Source: Chthoniobacterales bacterium | GTDB taxonomy: Bacteria > Verrucomicrobiota > Verrucomicrobiia > Chthoniobacterales > UBA10450 | NCBI GenBank assembly: GCA_035276245.1 | Contig: DATELT010000204.1 | Location: 1-33,577, forward strand | Reading direction: 5' to 3' | Length of the DNA: 33,577 bases | In this document: piece after piece, positions 25,676-33,577 of the stretch | Position numbering within the stretch: position 1 is the first letter of the stretch | Layout: each line of letters begins with the position of its first letter | Translations under genes and position numbers: made by a program | The notes under the pieces: model-generated | Told to the model about the DNA's origin: nothing | Databases searched by the model: none | What the model saw: the letters and a program-made list of their open reading frames with translations, nothing else

Positions 25676-26800
25676 TTACGCGCCGTCCGCCACCGGGCGC
25701 TCCGGCTTTGTCTTCGGCCCTGTGAGTTCGACCCGCACGAACCCTTCGCGGAAATTGATGTCACGCTGTGGACTTGGAATCTCAATGCCGACTTCACGCA
25801 ACTTCCGCGCGATCGCGAAATTCAAATCGCTACGGAATCGGCGCGGCCGATAACTCATTTCCCGGCTCCAGACTACCAGTTCCAAATTGACCGAGCTTTC
25901 CCCGAAAGTCTCCAAAAATACAGTTGGCTCCGGCTCGTGTAACACATGGGAATCCTCTCGAGCGACTTCAAGCAGAGCGTCTCGCACTTTGTCCAGATCG
26001 CTGCCGTAGGCGACGCCCACCGGAATGCGAAACCGCACTCGCGGGTCGCCGTAAGTCCAATTCGTGACCGGTGAATCAATGAACTTCGTGTTCGGCACGA
26101 TCATGGTGATGTTGTCGTTGGTAAGAATGACAGTGCTGCGTGCGCGAATTTGCTGCACCTGGCCGGCAATACCCGCAACCTCTACACGATCGCCGATGGT
26201 GATCGGTCGTTCTGCCAAAATGACAAGACCACTAATGAAATTGCTGGCGATATTTTGCAGCCCAAAGCCGATGCCGACACCGACTGCGCCGGCAAAAACG
26301 GCGAGAGTGGCAAGGTGAATGCCGGCGTTGTCCAGGACAATGAAAATGCCGACAACGAGGACGACATTGCTGACGATTTGCGAGACGGCATATTGTAGCG
26401 ACCGATCGAGGCCGCTGTTTACAAGGAAGCGGTTAAAGAGAAATGATTTTGTCCGCGCCGATACCCAAAAGACTCCGAGGAGGAGAGCGACGAGCAGAAA
26501 AATCTGGACGAGCGTGAGCGCGATGCCAGGCAACGGTTGATTCCAAGCCAGCGGAATGCCTGCCGCGTTGATGGCGGTGACTGTGAAAAATATCAGTGTG
26601 ACAGCGCTGAAGATTGCTGGGATGACGGAGACGAAATTCTTGCCGAGTTTGAGTCGGGTAAGGAAACGCCGGAACGACTCACTTTGAAATAGTCTTGCCA
26701 GCGATAATCCGGCTCCAAAGAACACCGCAAACGCAATCAGGCCGGCGGCTGTAATGTAATTGCTGCCGACGTGAAATAGCGGTTCAGTTAGGTACTGCAC
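25676..26800 (-). CDS. Mechanosensitive ion channel family protein (MscS-like)
   Basis: GTG start at 26800. N-terminal TMs are followed by the pore helix and beta-domain motif, GLQNIASNFISGLVILAERPITIGDRVEVAGIAGQVQQIRARSTVILTNDN. Confidence 0.85.
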   Translation of the reverse strand: MQYLTEPLFHVGSNYITAAGLIAFAVFFGAGLSLARLFQSESFRRFLTRLKLGKNFVSVIPAIFSAVTLIFFTVTAINAAGIPLAWNQPLPGIALTLVQIFLLVALLLGVFWVSARTKSFLFNRFLVNSGLDRSLQYAVSQIVSNVVLVVGIFIVLDNAGIHLATLAVFAGAVGVGIGFGLQNIASNFISGLVILAERPITIGDRVEVAGIAGQVQQIRARSTVILTNDNITMIVPNTKFIDSPVTNWTYGDPRVRFRIPVGVAYGSDLDKVRDALLEVAREDSHVLHEPEPTVFLETFGESSVNLELVVWSREMSYRPRRFRSDLNFAIARKLREVGIEIPSPQRDINFREGFVRVELTGPKTKPERPVADGA

Positions 26801-26940
26801 TCTCTACACTGTGATTGCACGGGCGCGGCGCAACCAAAAACACGTGGCTCGCTATCTTGCGGATAATGCACCGGGCTGCCATTGACTAGCGCCATTGGCG
26901 CAAGCAGCCAAAGCTTTAATATCAGGCCGCCAGTGGGCTT

Positions 26941-27195
26941 CTACCCTTCCTTCGGCTTCGCCCGTTCCTGGATGTATTTGATGACGTCGCCGACCGTTTG
27001 CAACTTCTCGGCGTCCTCATCGGGCACCTCTACCGAAAATTCCTCCTCGAACGCCATCACCAGCTCCACGATGTCCAGTGAGTCCGCCCCCAAATCTTCG
27101 ATGAATGAAGCCTGCGGCGTCACCTGTTCGGGGTTAACACCGAGTTGTTCGACGATGATGTCCTTAACCTTCTCTTCGATTGATTTGTCGGCCAT
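26941..27195 (-). CDS. acpP: Acyl carrier protein
   Basis: Start at ATG 27195 ([20 protein letters not shown]...). The phosphopantetheine attachment site is [19 protein letters not shown]. Confidence 0.9.
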   Translation of the reverse strand: MADKSIEEKVKDIIVEQLGVNPEQVTPQASFIEDLGADSLDIVELVMAFEEEFSVEVPDEDAEKLQTVGDVIKYIQERAKPKEG

Positions 27196-27478
27196 AAAAT
27201 TTCGGTTTGTTCCGTCCGCCGCGATAACGCGGGCTGAACACGTTGGCAAGTAAAACAATTCAAATTCTTGTCAACGAATTTCAAGTAATCGGAGAGCAAT
27301 CGAATTCAATCCAAGCGCTGCCGCGCCGTCCCGAACCGGGCAGAGATGAGCGACCTCTCAAATGGATAATGTTCTTGAGCGATGGGAGATCTTTCGCCGT
27401 CTTCACGGGCTCAGAATGACAAGGAATGAAGGCGACTGACGAGTGTTCACAAACGCTTCGGTTTTACTTCTCTGGTTC

Positions 27479-28999
27479 ATGCAGTACATGAGAAGTGTGC
27501 CATCGGCTGGCGAACCGCTTGATCTGATTGACCTGAAGTTTCTTCCCGCATGGGTGAAGGAAGATTGGTCTGCTCCGCGGCGTGCCGAATGGGAAGAAGA
27601 CCAGGAACCGTGGCCTCGCGGTGGCGAGCAGCGGCGTGATCGTCCACCTCGGCTGCCGCGTCGCGAACAAAAGAACCGCGGCCGGCGTGATCGGCGATCG
27701 CGCGACGAGCGCAAAATGCCGGACCGCAAAGATAGGAAACGTTCTGGCGATTTTCCTGCGCGACGCGAAGCACCTCCTCCGCCGCCGTTGCCACAGCTCG
27801 ATGTTCATTTTCTTCCGCAGGCAGCGGCCTTCGAAAATGTCGCAGCTCAGATTAAATCTGGTACGGTCGCATATTCTGTTTATGCGCTGGCTCGCCTCTT
27901 TTTGCAGAAACCCGAGCGTTACAACGTTAGGGTGAAAACGAAGGACGCGCGTCCACTTTTCCGTCTCGGCGAATCGAACGGAGTATCGACAAATCGCACC
28001 GCGCTCGAGGACTCCGCCTTTCGCCTGATGCGAGAAAAATTTTACGAGACTAAGGTGACTTTGAATGATCCAATCAAGGGCGACTTTAATAGCGTCGCAC
28101 GGGACCGTACGACCGGAACATTGCTCGGGCCGACCAACCACCACAGCTACCAGCCGCAACTCCGGCGCCTTTATGAGCAACGCTTCAGCCGGCGCATGAG
28201 TTTTCTCGATTTCCAACGGCAGATCGAAAACGTCAGCGATCCCGCGCTGGTCGAGCAATGGAAGGAGGAAGCGCGCAAGGTGACTACGTTTGCCACTCGC
28301 CAGGAAACACCGGCTCAGACTTTCAACACCGAGGCTGAGGCGGAACGCCATTTTCGCGAGAAATATTTGCCCCCTCTCATCGCTGAGACGCCGGAAGCGG
28401 AGATCGACGGCGTCACCAGTCGACGCTTGCCGGACCGCGGAATCGCGCGCCTGATCGAGAATGGGTGGTCGGCGGAAGTCCGCTCGCCTTCAAGCATGAT
28501 GCAGGAGCTGACCGGCCGATTTCGCGGCACCGGCCTGCAAATTTTTCGTCATCGTAAAGGGATGCTTTTCGTTTCGCCTATTCGGTTAAAACCGATCAAC
28601 GAATCCGCGGTCTCGGATTCGGTCCGTCAGATTCTGGAAACGCTTAAAGCTTCACCGCGAATGAATCGCAAAGAGCTGGCCGAGAAATTGATCGCGCCGG
28701 AGACAGGGCCGGCCGAAGCTGAGAAAACGAAATTGTCCCTCGCCTCCGACTTGCACTGGATGATCCGAGAGGGTCACGTCATTGAATTCAACGACGGTTC
28801 GCTCGACCTGCCCCGAGCTAAACCAGCGAAGAAGGAAGCGAGTGAAGCCGCGTCGAATCTGCCGCCGGAAATGGCAATCGAGCCAAATGTAAAAGAGATG
28901 GTCGTCGCGGAACAGCCAGTCCTCGTAGAGGAGGCACCGCCTTCTATACCCGGTATCCCGAGCGAAGTCGAGGCAGCCCGTGGCGAGACGAGCAGTTAG
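27479..28999 (+). CDS. Hypothetical protein with an Arg/Asp/Glu-rich low-complexity N-terminal region
   Basis: ORF 27443..28999; the ATG at 27479 is preferred and the exact start is uncertain. Residues around 40-110 read RRAEWEEDQEPWPRGGEQRRDRPPRLPRREQKNRGRRDRRSRDERKMPDRKDRKRSGD. I recognise no domain in the remainder. Confidence 0.55.
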   Translation: MQYMRSVPSAGEPLDLIDLKFLPAWVKEDWSAPRRAEWEEDQEPWPRGGEQRRDRPPRLPRREQKNRGRRDRRSRDERKMPDRKDRKRSGDFPARREAPPPPPLPQLDVHFLPQAAAFENVAAQIKSGTVAYSVYALARLFLQKPERYNVRVKTKDARPLFRLGESNGVSTNRTALEDSAFRLMREKFYETKVTLNDPIKGDFNSVARDRTTGTLLGPTNHHSYQPQLRRLYEQRFSRRMSFLDFQRQIENVSDPALVEQWKEEARKVTTFATRQETPAQTFNTEAEAERHFREKYLPPLIAETPEAEIDGVTSRRLPDRGIARLIENGWSAEVRSPSSMMQELTGRFRGTGLQIFRHRKGMLFVSPIRLKPINESAVSDSVRQILETLKASPRMNRKELAEKLIAPETGPAEAEKTKLSLASDLHWMIREGHVIEFNDGSLDLPRAKPAKKEASEAASNLPPEMAIEPNVKEMVVAEQPVLVEEAPPSIPGIPSEVEAARGETSS

Positions 29000-29017
29000 C
29001 CTTTGTGCAAACCTAAA

Positions 29018-29118
29018 GCGCGTCATCCCAAGCCGCGCAGACGTGAGGGAGCTCACAAGTGTTCGGATGCGTCTGACCAATTGTGAGATCCCTCGCATTC
29101 GCTTGGAATGACGAGCGC
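29018..29118. repeat. Palindromic element of about 100 bp of the GTCAT(C/T)CC...GGAATGAC type
   Basis: agcgcgtcatcccaagc (29018-29034) pairs with gcttggaatgacgagcgct (29102-29120). Inner arms are gtgagggagctcacaa and ttgtgagatccctc. It fills the spacer between convergent genes ending at 28999 and 29120. Confidence 0.75.
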
Positions 29119-29119
29119 T

Positions 29120-29509
29120 TTATTCCCCAACGACTTTGAGCTCCGGTTCGATCCCTTCCTGTCGCACCACGCGATTCTTTTCGTCGAGAACAAGAATGCG
29201 TGGCTGGTGTTTGGCTGCTTCTTCAGCGGAATAGCTTCCGAAATTCATGATCGTAATCCGATCGCCGATTTTCCCAAGGTGTGCAGTCGCCCCATTCAGC
29301 TCGATCAAACCTTTGTGCGGTTCGCCGTAAATGACGTAGGTCTCAAACCGCTCACCGTTACTTAGATTCCCAACTAGAATTTTTTCGTACTCGCGGAGAT
29401 CGACCAACTCAGCAAGGTCGGAGGAAATGGTAAGGCTGCCTTCGTAATGCAAACTCGCCCCGGTCACCGTGGCGCGGTGAATTTTCGATTTCAGCATGGT
29501 CAATTGCAT
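29120..29509 (-). CDS. panD: Aspartate 1-decarboxylase
   Basis: MQLTMLKSKIHRATVTGASLHYEGSLTI..., with the self-processing Gly-Ser site (YEGS) and a GERFETYVI segment. Confidence 0.9.
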   Translation of the reverse strand: MQLTMLKSKIHRATVTGASLHYEGSLTISSDLAELVDLREYEKILVGNLSNGERFETYVIYGEPHKGLIELNGATAHLGKIGDRITIMNFGSYSAEEAAKHQPRILVLDEKNRVVRQEGIEPELKVVGE

Positions 29510-29537
29510 TGCGCCTGACCGTCCCGTCGATTATGTC

Positions 29538-29807
29538 TCAGGCGGCGATGACGCCGGCCTTTTTCAACGCGCGATATGCTCCGTTTTTGTTGATCGTCTT
29601 CAGCCCCCGCGCCGTTACCCGAAGACGGACGAATTTCTTGATCTCAGGTACCCAGATGCGGTGCTCGTGCAGGTTGGGGTGAAATTCGCGTCGTACATTC
29701 TTGGTCACGTGCCGCCCGACGCCGCCTTTTTTCTTCGCCATACCACGGCGATGAATGACGCTACCGCGCGTGACGCGAGACCCGGTAATACTGCAAATCT
29801 TAGGCAT
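29538..29807 (-). CDS. rpmB: 50S ribosomal protein L28
   Basis: Start at ATG 29807: MPKICSITGSRVTRGSVIHRRGMAKKKGGVGRHVTKNVRREFHPNL. Confidence 0.9.
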   Translation of the reverse strand: MPKICSITGSRVTRGSVIHRRGMAKKKGGVGRHVTKNVRREFHPNLHEHRIWVPEIKKFVRLRVTARGLKTINKNGAYRALKKAGVIAA

Positions 29808-29981
29808 GGACAGAAAGGACGATTGACTCAATCGCCCGGATTTGAATGGGGGCGTAAGCTGCAATGCGACGCCGCGCCGGTCAAGCGATTCTTCACAACC
29901 ACATCAAAGCGCCCGGACCAAAATTTCTAGGTTGAACAGTATGCGTGTGTTGTGGTCAAAGATTCTTCTAGGGAGGAACTA

Positions 29982-31019
29982 ATGAGTCGAAACGGCAACC
30001 ACAAATTACGGATCGGCATCGTCGGCGCCGGCGATATCGTAAAGCGAAGGCATTTGCCCGGGTTCAAACGACGTCATGACATAGAGATCGTAGCGGTTTC
30101 AAATTCGACCTACGAAAGCGCGGAAAAGTTTTGCGAGGAAAATGTCCCAAGCGCTGTCCCGATCGCGAACTGGCCCGCTCTGGTCGCTCTGCCTGATATC
30201 GACATCGTCTGGATCGGTACTCCGCCCTATATGCATTCCGCAGTTACCATTTCGGCGCTCGAAGCCGGCAAACACGTTTTTTGTCAAGCGCGGATGTCGA
30301 ATGATCGCGCCGAAGCCGAAGAAATGCTGTTGGCCTCGCGGCGATTCCCCAAGCAAGTGACGATGCTATGTCCGCCGCCCTACGGATTACGGGGCGATCT
30401 GATTGTAAAAAAGTTGCTCGCGGAAAATTTTCTCGGGCAAATTCACACGATCAAGCTTCAAAGTTTTCACGGCAATTATTTGAACCCAAGCGCACCGGCG
30501 CACTGGCGGCAACGCATTGAGATCAGCGGACTCAACGTTATGACGTTGGGGATTTACGTCGAAGTGTTGCACCGGTGGTTCGGCGACATCGACGGCTTGT
30601 TTGCGCGCGGGAAAATTTTGTATCCGGACAGAGAAGGCTACAATGTTATCATTCCGGATGTACTCTCGGTGCTTTGCCATTTCGCCAATGGTGCGGAAGG
30701 CGTGCTCGAGTTCAGCGGCATCCACGCGCACGCCACTGGCGACAAGCTGGAAGTCTACGGCTCTGCAGGAACGCTGGTTTACGATTTTACCGCCGATGTG
30801 ATCAAAGCCGGGCGCGTTGGGGATCGCGTATTGGAAGAAGTGAAAGTACCGAAAGAACTCGCCCGCGAATGGAACGTGGAAAATGACTTTCTCGATGCTG
30901 TCAAAGCAGGCGGTCAGGATCGGCCATATCCGACTTTCGAAGATGGGTTGCGGTACATGAAAGTAGTCCAAGCTGTGGCCGATTCCCGCGCTCGCAACGA
31001 ATGGATCACGATTACGTGA
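29982..31019 (+). CDS. Gfo/Idh/MocA family oxidoreductase
   Basis: The ATG at 29982 is preceded by GGGAGG. The Rossmann segment is LRIGIVGAGDIVKRRHLP, and EAGKHVFCQARM corresponds to the family EKP-type motif region. Confidence 0.85.
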   Translation: MSRNGNHKLRIGIVGAGDIVKRRHLPGFKRRHDIEIVAVSNSTYESAEKFCEENVPSAVPIANWPALVALPDIDIVWIGTPPYMHSAVTISALEAGKHVFCQARMSNDRAEAEEMLLASRRFPKQVTMLCPPPYGLRGDLIVKKLLAENFLGQIHTIKLQSFHGNYLNPSAPAHWRQRIEISGLNVMTLGIYVEVLHRWFGDIDGLFARGKILYPDREGYNVIIPDVLSVLCHFANGAEGVLEFSGIHAHATGDKLEVYGSAGTLVYDFTADVIKAGRVGDRVLEEVKVPKELAREWNVENDFLDAVKAGGQDRPYPTFEDGLRYMKVVQAVADSRARNEWITIT

Positions 31020-31023
31020 TTTG

Positions 31024-31046
31024 AAAGGCGCGAACGCGCTTTTTTG
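31024..31046 (+). terminator. Possible intrinsic terminator after the oxidoreductase gene
   Basis: aaaggcgc-gaac-gcgcttttttg: a short GC stem with a tetraloop followed by T6. The stem is short, so this is tentative. Confidence 0.4.
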
Positions 31047-31130
31047 TCATTCCGGCCGGAGTGAAGAAATCGCTAAGTATTTAGCTTGTCGAAGAAGAGT
31101 TAGAGATGTCTCGACTTCGCTTGACATGAC
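31046..31130. repeat. Second, degenerate GTCATTCC-type palindromic element
   Basis: The left arm is gtcattccggccggagtgaagaaatc and the right arm is gatgtctcgacttcgcttgacatgac (reverse complement gtcatgtcaagcgaagtcgagacatc). Same family as 29018-29118. Confidence 0.5.
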
Positions 31131-32148
31131 AGGAAAATGGATATGCGACAATGGTATTCTGTTACCCGAGCGCGGTCACTTGCCGCGCCGTAGTCTTGCG
31201 GCTTCGGGGCGGGGGCCGGGCGGACTCTTTAAATTAGTGCTCGTCTTCTTCGTAAGCACGCAAATTGCGATCGCTGACCTCGAAAGATACTCGACACTGA
31301 TCGTCGCTGATTCAGCAGACACGAAACCAAAGGCGGGAACAGTGCGTGTGACCTACCTTGGCGTGAATGGTTACCAATTTGAGGCAAACGGGCACGCCTT
31401 GCTAGTGGATCCGTACTTCACTCGGGCGGGATTAACTTCAATCGCATTCCAACAACCGCTCGAAACTAACGAGACACGGATTAGTTTTGGCCTGCAACAT
31501 GTCCGATCGCGCGTCGACGCGGTGCTGGTAACGCACGCGCACTTCGATCATCTTCTCGACGTCCCCCAGATTATGAAGCGAACGAACGCGAGGCTGGTCG
31601 GGGGATTGACGGCGGCGAATCTGACGATGTCGTGTGGGCTCGATCGTAGTCTTGTCGTTGAGCCTGGTTTTACGCGAGTGCTCGGACCGTGGCGTATTCG
31701 TGTTCTGCCGTCAACACACGATCGAATTTTTGGTTGGCTGCCGTTCCGCGGAACGAAAACACAACCCGGGAAATGCCCGGCAAAAGCATCCGACTGGCGT
31801 CTTGGCGAACAGATGGCGTTTCTAATCGAAGCGAATGGCAAACGTATTTACGTCGATTCGGGCGGCACGATGGATGTTCTGCCACCGGCCCAAGGCGCGG
31901 GAGTCGATCTCGCCATTTTGGGCGTGGCCTTACCCGACAGTCGAAAAAGGTTGCGGACCACAATTGAGCGGCTCCGACCGAAATATGTTCTGCCGAGTCA
32001 TCAGGATGATCTCTTTTCGCCGGTCGAACGCGGATTTGTCTTTGGGAAATTGACCGACTTTCCGGGGATTTTGCGCCTATTCCAACGCCACGAAATTAAC
32101 TCGCATCTTATTTTGCTCGATTATTTTCGGCCGTGGACAATTCCGTGA
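31126..32148 (+). CDS. MBL-fold metallo-hydrolase, probably exported
   Basis: ORF 31021..32148. The first 35 codons translate the repeat, so I take the start at ATG 31126 (TTG 31180 is an alternative, giving MPRRSLAAS...LFKLVLVFFVSTQIAIA). Motifs are THAHFDH and YLGVNGYQFEANGHALLVDPYF. Confidence 0.7.
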   Translation: MTGKWICDNGILLPERGHLPRRSLAASGRGPGGLFKLVLVFFVSTQIAIADLERYSTLIVADSADTKPKAGTVRVTYLGVNGYQFEANGHALLVDPYFTRAGLTSIAFQQPLETNETRISFGLQHVRSRVDAVLVTHAHFDHLLDVPQIMKRTNARLVGGLTAANLTMSCGLDRSLVVEPGFTRVLGPWRIRVLPSTHDRIFGWLPFRGTKTQPGKCPAKASDWRLGEQMAFLIEANGKRIYVDSGGTMDVLPPAQGAGVDLAILGVALPDSRKRLRTTIERLRPKYVLPSHQDDLFSPVERGFVFGKLTDFPGILRLFQRHEINSHLILLDYFRPWTIP

Positions 32149-33577
32149 CAGATGAAGTTTCGCCGCGCGCGCGTCGCTACGGTCTTCTCGTCACTGCGCT
32201 GGCGCCCGTCATTCCGCAAATCCTCGGCAGCGTTTTCAATATTTGGTACAACGCCATAGTCATCGCGCCGTTGCTGGTGACGGAAGAATTGCGGCATCGC
32301 TTCACCGCGACGGTGATATTTTATAATGCAATCGTTTATCCGGTAGCGATCGCAATCTGGATTTATGTCATCTTGTCGCTGCGCCCAAGTTTTCGCGCGT
32401 TGATCACAGGCGATAGGGTTGCGCCGGAAGAACTCGATCGAGCGCAGCGGCGTGTTGTGCATTTGCCATGGATCGCGTTCGCCATTTCCGGCACCGCATG
32501 GCTTGCTTGTGTTCCTGTTTTCCTTTCCGCGCTAACGACAACTGGAAGTCCGGTCGGCTCGCAACTGTTCTGGCATCTGCCAATTTCATTTTTGGTTTCG
32601 GCTTTCATCGCCGTTACGCAAACGTTCTTTCTTGTCGAACTGGCGAGTCAGTGGGCGCTTTTTCTGGTTTTCTTTCGCGATACCCGACCGGACCGATTGG
32701 AAGGAATTCATCCGCCATCGCTGCGCACTCGCGGATTAATGTGGGCGATTTCGGCGGGCCTTTGCCCCATCGGTTCATTACTTCTCTTAATTTTTGCACC
32801 GCAATCGCCCAGCTCAAATCCGCAATGGTTCGCGGTCTTCGTCGGCACGGTTGGCATTGCCTTCGGTCTTTGCTCTGCCGTGCTGATTACACGCTTGGTT
32901 GCGAAACCTGTCGATGAATTGCGCCTTGCCTTTCGCGCTGTTGGCGAAGGACAACTCGATGTGCAGGTTCCGCTGCGCCGCGCAGATGAATTCGGTGCCT
33001 TAGTTGGCGATTTCAATCAGATGGTGGTCGAGCTGCGGGACAAGGAACGGTTGCGCCGCGCGTTTGGTCTCCACGTTGGTGAGAAAGTTGCGCAACAAAT
33101 CCTGGCGCGCGATCCGGCGCTCGGAGGCACCGAGCAAGTAGTCACTCTTCTATTTCTTGATCTTCGCGCATTCACCGCGCGCACGGCCCAGATCGAACCA
33201 AAAATGGTAGTCAATTTTCTGAATCGATTTCTGCAACTGATGGTCGAGATTGTGGAGACAGACCACGGCGGAATGGTGAACAAATTTTTGGGCGACGGTT
33301 TCATGGCGATTTTCGGTGCCGATTCGAGTGCAACCACCCATGCCGACGACGCCGTTACTGCGGGATGTGCGATGCTACGCCGTCTCGAACTTTTCAATGC
33401 CGATCTAGTGCGTGGGAATGAAGCTCCCCTGGGCATCGGAATCGGAATCAATACCGGACGTGCGATCGTGGGCAGCATCGGTTCGGCAGAACGGATGGAG
33501 TTCACGGTCATCGGGAACACGGTGAACGTGGCGTCGCGGATCGAAGGATTGAACAAAAAGCTCGGTACGTCGTTGCT
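32145..33577 (+). CDS. Membrane-bound class III adenylate/guanylate cyclase (multi-TM sensor, HAMP, cyclase domain); 3' end lies outside the window
   Basis: Absent from the ORF track because there is no stop in the window. The frame is open from GTG 32145, which overlaps the MBL stop (GTGA), to the window edge. Manual translation gives about 6 TMs, then HAMP (KPVDELRLAFRAVGEGQLDVQVPLRRADEFGALVGDFNQMV), then the cyclase core (VTLLFLDLRAFT..., KFLGDGFMAIFG, GIGINTGRAIVGSIGS..R.EFTVIGNTVNVASRIE). Confidence 0.85.
   Translation, partial: MTDEVSPRARRYGLLVTALAPVIPQILGSVFNIWYNAIVIAPLLVTEELRHRFTATVIFYNAIVYPVAIAIWIYVILSLRPSFRALITGDRVAPEELDRAQRRVVHLPWIAFAISGTAWLACVPVFLSALTTTGSPVGSQLFWHLPISFLVSAFIAVTQTFFLVELASQWALFLVFFRDTRPDRLEGIHPPSLRTRGLMWAISAGLCPIGSLLLLIFAPQSPSSNPQWFAVFVGTVGIAFGLCSAVLITRLVAKPVDELRLAFRAVGEGQLDVQVPLRRADEFGALVGDFNQMVVELRDKERLRRAFGLHVGEKVAQQILARDPALGGTEQVVTLLFLDLRAFTARTAQIEPKMVVNFLNRFLQLMVEIVETDHGGMVNKFLGDGFMAIFGADSSATTHADDAVTAGCAMLRRLELFNADLVRGNEAPLGIGIGINTGRAIVGSIGSAERMEFTVIGNTVNVASRIEGLNKKLGTSL

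Noticed and set aside
27464-28351. 295-aa minus-strand ORF antisense to the 27479-28999 hypothetical gene
   Set aside because: It is shorter than the plus-strand ORF and Arg-rich as expected for an antisense reading. Because the plus-strand protein is itself unassigned, this rejection is only moderately confident.
33017-33556. 179-aa minus-strand ORF at the right edge, the only ORF listed there in the track
   Set aside because: The plus strand is open from 32145 to the window end and encodes unmistakable HAMP and class III cyclase motifs. The minus-strand ORF is its shadow.
1-33577. Search for tRNA, rRNA, tmRNA, transposase, integrase, toxin-antitoxin or known defence genes
   Set aside because: I found no T-loop (GGTTCGAAT-type) contexts in intergenic regions and no rRNA-like stretches. 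No ORF carries DDE, tyrosine/serine recombinase or nuclease/defence hallmarks that I can recognise by eye.

Overview
The window looks like a chromosomal core region of about 55% GC. I saw no rRNA, tRNA, CRISPR array, transposase or integrase. Gene content and repeat types suggest a Verrucomicrobiota- or Planctomycetota-like soil bacterium, but that is a low-confidence inference. I call about 37 protein-coding genes. Clear housekeeping genes are miaA, hflX, nth, acpP, panD and rpmB. Other recognisable products are an AlkA-like glycosylase, an M23 peptidase, an SDR epimerase plus a sulfotransferase, an MFS transporter, a nitrilase-family hydrolase, two MBL hydrolases and a ferredoxin with its reductase. 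A 6TM-HAMP class III nucleotidyl cyclase runs off the right edge.

Three regions deserve a second look:
1. 22592-27195 (minus strand): acpP is followed by a tightly coupled operon of an MscS-like channel, two paralogous FemAB/BioF2-like GNAT acyltransferases and two ArnE/ArnF-sized 4-TM half transporters. I read this as a candidate uncharacterised envelope-lipid or glycan modification and flipping module.
2. 2997-9192: an ABC-2 exporter, a signal-peptide SCP2 lipid-carrier domain protein, two paralogous beta-barrel-like proteins ending in Phe, and a secreted unknown, arranged around a 68-bp divergent spacer. This is a candidate trans-envelope route for hydrophobic cargo.
3. 5883-6618: a roughly 700-bp insertion splits the ABC ATPase and permease genes. 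It carries a frameshifted four-helix-bundle (23S-rRNA-IVS-type) ORF bracketed by inverted heptamer arrays. Its left edge is a triplicated copy of the ATPase 3' end, stop codon included.

Several palindromic extragenic repeat families also recur in the intergenic spacers. All functional calls rest on motif recognition by eye. No database search was run.
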